Origin: a virus
Taxonomy: Duplodnaviria > Caudoviricetes
DNA: 62,886 nucleotides
Strand: one strand, 5' to 3'
Virus record (IMG/VR): IMGVR_UViG_3300017971_003303
Span: 1 to 62,886 of that record
This document shows positions 59,014 through 62,886 of the stretch, one piece after another. Both the position numbers and the translations under genes were made by a program. Under the pieces are notes generated by a model, which had not been told where the DNA came from, did no database searches, and saw only the letters and a program-made list of their open reading frames with translations. The stretch's first letter is position 1. Each line of letters begins with the position of its first letter.

Positions 59014-59222
59014 TGGTAAAAAATAATGGATATACATTAGCAAGAGAGAATAGGGTAATGATAGAAGATATAAAAGCAGATATAAAGGACATAAAGATAA
59101 ATATGATAAATATCGCAAATCATTATTCTAATAGAGTTCAACCATGGGTGACAGCACTTATATCCACTTTATTATGTATAATTGGTGTAATAGGAGGTGT
59201 ACTTTCAAGTAGTTTAATTTAA
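59013..59222 (+). CDS. Small coiled-coil plus TM protein
   Basis: IEDIKADIKDIK followed by a C-terminal hydrophobic helix. Confidence 0.5.
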   Translation: MVKNNGYTLARENRVMIEDIKADIKDIKINMINIANHYSNRVQPWVTALISTLLCIIGVIGGVLSSSLI

Positions 59223-59224
59223 AA

Positions 59225-59497
59225 ATGGTACAATTAAGATATATAGGTAATCATAGACCAAAAGGTATGATTGTGGATGTAGAGTATTTTGATGTAGTTA
59301 GGCTGATAGAATGTGGTGAATTTGAGTTAGTTTCTAAGGAAGCTAAAATTGTAGAAATACAACAACCTGATGAGACATGGACAGAAATGGAAATATACGA
59401 CTGGTTAAAATCAAATAATATACCAGTTGAATATAAACCAGCTAGTGATAAGAAATCAACTATACTTAAGAAATTAAAGAAAGGAGGATATTTGTAA
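59225..59497 (+). CDS. Hypothetical neck-region protein
   Basis: C-terminal HeH/Rho-N-like WT..EI.DWL..NNI.....K..IL. Confidence 0.45.
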   Translation: MVQLRYIGNHRPKGMIVDVEYFDVVRLIECGEFELVSKEAKIVEIQQPDETWTEMEIYDWLKSNNIPVEYKPASDKKSTILKKLKKGGYL

Positions 59498-59925
59498 TGG
59501 TGGATATTTCTACGGAACTACAAACAGAAGTAGATGGTATTCTAAGTTATGGTGAAAGATTAAGACTTAAATACTATAATACTAGTTATGGAGCTGGTAG
59601 TTATTATGATGATGATGTTACACTAACTCAGTCTGGTTCTGATTTGTGGACATCTGGTTTAATCTTTCCAGTTAAATCTACATCTGATGGTATATTACTA
59701 CAACAAGGTAAAATATTATTAGATGATAAAAAAGTATTTATTAAGGGGTCAGTGCAAACATCTGGTTTAGGTCCAATAAAAATTGGAATGAATGGTAGTC
59801 CACCAACACAAGAATATCAAGTACTTAATCAAGGAGAAATGCAAGAATGGAATTTAGGAGCAAATCCAATATATAAGAAAATTTATGTTAGATATTTAAC
59901 CAATGGGAGTTTTATTGGAGAATGA
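59497..59925 (+). CDS. Putative head-closure protein
   Basis: YGE.L.L...D...T; LLQQGKI...DKKVF; gene order. Confidence 0.55.
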   Translation: MVDISTELQTEVDGILSYGERLRLKYYNTSYGAGSYYDDDVTLTQSGSDLWTSGLIFPVKSTSDGILLQQGKILLDDKKVFIKGSVQTSGLGPIKIGMNGSPPTQEYQVLNQGEMQEWNLGANPIYKKIYVRYLTNGSFIGE

Positions 59926-60290
59926 GTCATGTAAAAATCGAAGTACAAGGTATTAAAGAATTTAAAAGATTTATAAATAAATTATCCAAAGATAAGTTAA
60001 AATCATTTAAAAACTCTATAAAAGAGGCAGGATTCTTTGTAGAAGCAGAAGTTGTTGCTAGTATAGCAGGACAAAGAGCAGAACCAAGAAGTGTTGATAC
60101 AGGGAGATTTATGGGTTCAGTTAAAACAACTTTTCCTAATGATATGATGGCTCAAGTAGCTAGTGACGTTGAATATGCAAAACACTTAGAATATGGTACT
60201 AGTAGAATGTTACCAAGAAAACATTTCCATAATACTGCTACTAGAAATCAAAAGAAAGTAAGTGAATTTGTATTAAAATCCATAAAATAA
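59922..60290 (+). CDS. HK97 gp10-like tail completion protein
   Basis: VDTGR...SV, VEYA.HLEYGTSRM.PR.HF. Confidence 0.9.
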   Translation: MSHVKIEVQGIKEFKRFINKLSKDKLKSFKNSIKEAGFFVEAEVVASIAGQRAEPRSVDTGRFMGSVKTTFPNDMMAQVASDVEYAKHLEYGTSRMLPRKHFHNTATRNQKKVSEFVLKSIK

Positions 60291-60316
60291 TTATATAATT
60301 TAAAACTAATGATTTA
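60288..60316 (+). promoter_or_regulatory. 29-bp late-promoter motif, copy 3
   Basis: Identical to 46491-46519. Confidence 0.8.
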
Positions 60317-60385
60317 AATTATTATAGTGATTTAAATATAATGGATACAAGCGAGTATCTAATAAACCAAGCGAGGTAAAAATAT

Positions 60386-60838
60386 ATGACAATAACATCT
60401 ATAAGTAGTTCTACATTTATAGCCGATACTATAAACTTATTGAGAGATAAACTTACGTCTAATATTACAGACCCAATTAACAGTAGTAGAGTTGGGAATG
60501 ATAAATTCGTACTTACAGAATATCCACAAAGACCAGTTATGTATCCTATTATTACTGTATCAGACATGGGTAGTAGACAAGAATCTAGGTTAGGAATGCA
60601 AAGTGAGGAAACAGCTATTAGAATTGGAATAGAATTAAGAATATGGGCTAGGAATGTTAAGGAGAGAGATGAATTGTTTGATAGTATTTACGATTATTTA
60701 AGAGACAATCAATATACTGGTGATGATATTACAAATGCTAATTTACATGATTTTAGTGTAGATAATATTATTAATGTTAGTGAGAAGGATGTAAAAAGTA
60801 AAATAATGGAGGTTTCATATCTATTTATATGTAGTTGA
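60386..60838 (+). CDS. Tail terminator protein
   Basis: YPIITV, IELRIWA...ERDEL...I...L; precedes the tail tube gene. Confidence 0.7.
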   Translation: MTITSISSSTFIADTINLLRDKLTSNITDPINSSRVGNDKFVLTEYPQRPVMYPIITVSDMGSRQESRLGMQSEETAIRIGIELRIWARNVKERDELFDSIYDYLRDNQYTGDDITNANLHDFSVDNIINVSEKDVKSKIMEVSYLFICS

Positions 60839-60855
60839 AAGGGGGTATAAGAAGT

Positions 60856-61827
60856 ATGGTAAAATTTTTATCTGACCAAAATCAACTTTCGTTTTTATAT
60901 GAGAGTGGTACATATGCTAGTACAAGTGGTACTAGACAATGGATAGGGTTAGTTCAAGAACATACTCCTACTGATAATCCTAATGTAATACAAGTTAGGT
61001 ATCAAGGAAGTACAGACAGAAATGTAGACACATTTGCAGATGGTCAATTGGACCATACAGGAGCATTTACATATTTTCCACAGGATTGGAAATTTATGGG
61101 GTTTGCTATAGGAAGTATTGCTGAAACTGCTGCTGCAGGAAGTCATACTTTTACAGAAACAAATAGTGATAATACAATACAAACAGTAACTAATCAATCA
61201 CTAACATCTTTTACTTTAGAGGATACTAAAAATACAGGTACTGCAGGTAGTAACTTTATAAGAACTTATGGTGGTTGTATGATTGATACATATACTGTAA
61301 CTTGGTCACAAGGTGATATAACTTCTGCTGAAGTTAATTATATAGCACAATCTGAAAGTTTTACATCAGGAGCTATAACAGCAGTAACACCATCAACAAC
61401 AAGTCCGTATATCTTTAGTAATTTTCAGTTACACATACCATCTGGAACCAATATTGATAATGTTACAGAATGTACATTAAGTATAAATAATAATTTGGAA
61501 CCAGGACATTATTTGAATGGTAGTAGACAAGCACAAGAAATGTTACCTGGAAATAGAGACTATGAAGTAAGTGTTACTTTAGTAATGGATGCAGATAATG
61601 CAAAAACATTCTATGACCAGTATTATATGGGTGGAAGTACTTTTAATTTAATGATTAAAGATATATGTTCTGCAGGAAGTCTTTATGTTGTAGGAAGTGG
61701 ATGTAAAGTAATAGACATGGAAACACCTAGTCCAGTAGAAGGTTTACAAGAACAAACTTTAACTATAGTACCACAACATGTGAGTGCAACAGTACATGAT
61801 AGTACAGTAGATTATAACGCTTGGTAG
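60856..61827 (+). CDS. Major tail tube protein
   Basis: ESGTYA, HTFT, SFTLE, R.YGGCMID, LSINNNL, G.RDYEVS. Confidence 0.85.
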   Translation: MVKFLSDQNQLSFLYESGTYASTSGTRQWIGLVQEHTPTDNPNVIQVRYQGSTDRNVDTFADGQLDHTGAFTYFPQDWKFMGFAIGSIAETAAAGSHTFTETNSDNTIQTVTNQSLTSFTLEDTKNTGTAGSNFIRTYGGCMIDTYTVTWSQGDITSAEVNYIAQSESFTSGAITAVTPSTTSPYIFSNFQLHIPSGTNIDNVTECTLSINNNLEPGHYLNGSRQAQEMLPGNRDYEVSVTLVMDADNAKTFYDQYYMGGSTFNLMIKDICSAGSLYVVGSGCKVIDMETPSPVEGLQEQTLTIVPQHVSATVHDSTVDYNAW

Positions 61828-61833
61828 TAGAAA

Positions 61834-62214
61834 ATGGTTTTGGATATAAATGAATTAACCTTCCAAAGAGGAGAAGATGGTAAGTTTATACCACAAGAAG
61901 TAGAGCTAGAATTTTTGGAGAATAAACCAAAAGTTAAAGTGATACCAGTTACTAGAGGAAAGTTACAGGAAATTATGACAAGAGCTAAATCTAGTGATGT
62001 TAAAGAAAGAGTTGAAGCTGATAACGAACTAATAAGAAATGGTTTAGTAGAACCTAAAATAAGTGAAGGTAAGTTGAAGGATTTAAAACCTAATTATATG
62101 ACAGCTATAATTATAGCTATATTGTCAATTAGTTTAGATAAATCACAAAGAGATATAAGGAAAGAGACAGGTAGTTTAATACAAGGACAGGAATTTCAGT
62201 TAAAAAAAAATTAA
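61834..62214 (+). CDS. Tail assembly chaperone (gpG-like)
   Basis: Between tail tube and tape measure genes; ends in an A9 slippery tract. Confidence 0.75.
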   Translation: MVLDINELTFQRGEDGKFIPQEVELEFLENKPKVKVIPVTRGKLQEIMTRAKSSDVKERVEADNELIRNGLVEPKISEGKLKDLKPNYMTAIIIAILSISLDKSQRDIRKETGSLIQGQEFQLKKN

Positions 62215-62384
62215 GTGAGCAAGATTTAGTATTTTGGTTACATGAGAATGGATATAATTTTTTTACTATTCCAAAATTAACATATCCAGAAATAAATGTA
62301 TTAATATCTTCATATAATAGGAAGATGAAAAAGAGAGAACAAGAATACAAAAGGCAACAAAGGAAGGGGAAAAGATTAAGATAA
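62202..62384 (+). other. Programmed -1 frameshift extension (gpGT-like)
   Basis: A-AAA-AAA/T at 62202-62211; -1 frame reads KLSEQDLVFWLHENGYNFFTIPKLTYPEIN... to TAA 62382-62384. Confidence 0.8.
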
Positions 62385-62385
62385 A

Positions 62386-62886
62386 ATGGCTGGTATATTA
62401 GGAGCTATAGGTACAGGAGCTACAATAGCTATTGTAATTAAAGGAGTAGATAAATTTAGTAGTACTTTTGCTAAAGCTAATACTGGTGTAGATTTACTCA
62501 AGAAAACTGCATTATTAGGAGTATCTGCTATGGCGGGTTTTGGTACTGCCTTAACTGCTGTTGGTATTTCTGCTACAAAAATTGCCGGAGATTTTGAACA
62601 AACTCAAGTAGCATTTACTACAATGTTAGGCAGTGCAGAGGAAGCTAATAAATTTCTAAAAGAATTAGCTGATTTTGCTAGAAAAACACCATTTACATTA
62701 CAAGGTGTAGAAAAATCAGCAAAACAATTAATGGCAGTAGGTTTTGAGGCAGAAGATGTGATTCCTACATTAAAGAATGTAGGTGACATAGCTTCTGGAC
62801 TGGGATTAGGTGAAGAAGGACTACAAAGATTGATTTTAAATTTAGGACAAGTTCAAACTCAAGGAAAATTAACTGGTAGAGAGTTA
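62386..62886 (+). CDS. Tape measure protein, N-terminal 167 codons (not in ORF track; open at the window end)
   Basis: MAGILG...FEQTQVAFTTMLGSAEEA...FARKTPF...LGQVQTQGKLTGREL. Confidence 0.92.
   Translation, partial: MAGILGAIGTGATIAIVIKGVDKFSSTFAKANTGVDLLKKTALLGVSAMAGFGTALTAVGISATKIAGDFEQTQVAFTTMLGSAEEANKFLKELADFARKTPFTLQGVEKSAKQLMAVGFEAEDVIPTLKNVGDIASGLGLGEEGLQRLILNLGQVQTQGKLTGREL

Noticed and set aside
46491-60316. 29-bp repeats as CRISPR repeats, att sites or mobile-element ends
   Set aside because: Copies are kilobases apart, always intergenic ahead of operons; no integrase or transposase found
1-62886. Alternative genetic code, inteins or introns
   Set aside because: Genes are full length under the standard code with TAA, TGA and TAG all used as stops; PolB, TerL and helicase are normal-sized with no splicing motifs seen

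Overview
The window is an essentially complete, circularly permuted, AT-rich genome (~63 kb) of a tailed HK97-fold virus (siphovirus-like), opened inside the tape-measure gene: its N-terminus is at 62386-62886 and its C-terminus at 1-877. The host is inferred to be archaeal, probably DPANN-like. Evidence: TTTATAAA boxes ~25 nt before start codons, oligo-T terminators, PolB, PCNA, a fused PriS-PriL primase, RPA-like SSB, XPF/ERCC4 nuclease, AbrB/RHH regulators and secreted proteins packed with N-x-S/T sequons. Modules: (1) tail and surface genes (1-7969, +); (2) a 14.6-kb glycan synthesis and tailoring cluster with most of an NDP-heptose pathway (7978-22600, -), whose gmhA sits far away in the head module; (3) a replication plus 7-deazaguanine operon (folE, queC/D/E, TGT/DpdA-like, an inserted sulfotransferase-fold gene, PRTase; 22628-35589, -); (4) a divergent control region, SF3 helicase, iteron-type origin and early genes (35590-42900, +); (5) packaging, head and tail genes (43018-62886, +). 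The best candidates for a new system are a virus-encoded heptose/glycan machinery paired with Ser-Gly-rich virion proteins and secreted hyper-N-glycosylatable proteins, a 7-deazaguanine pathway with an extra sulfotransferase-like enzyme, and an anticodon-less tRNA-like structured RNA. All product calls come from motif recognition by eye; no database searches were run.
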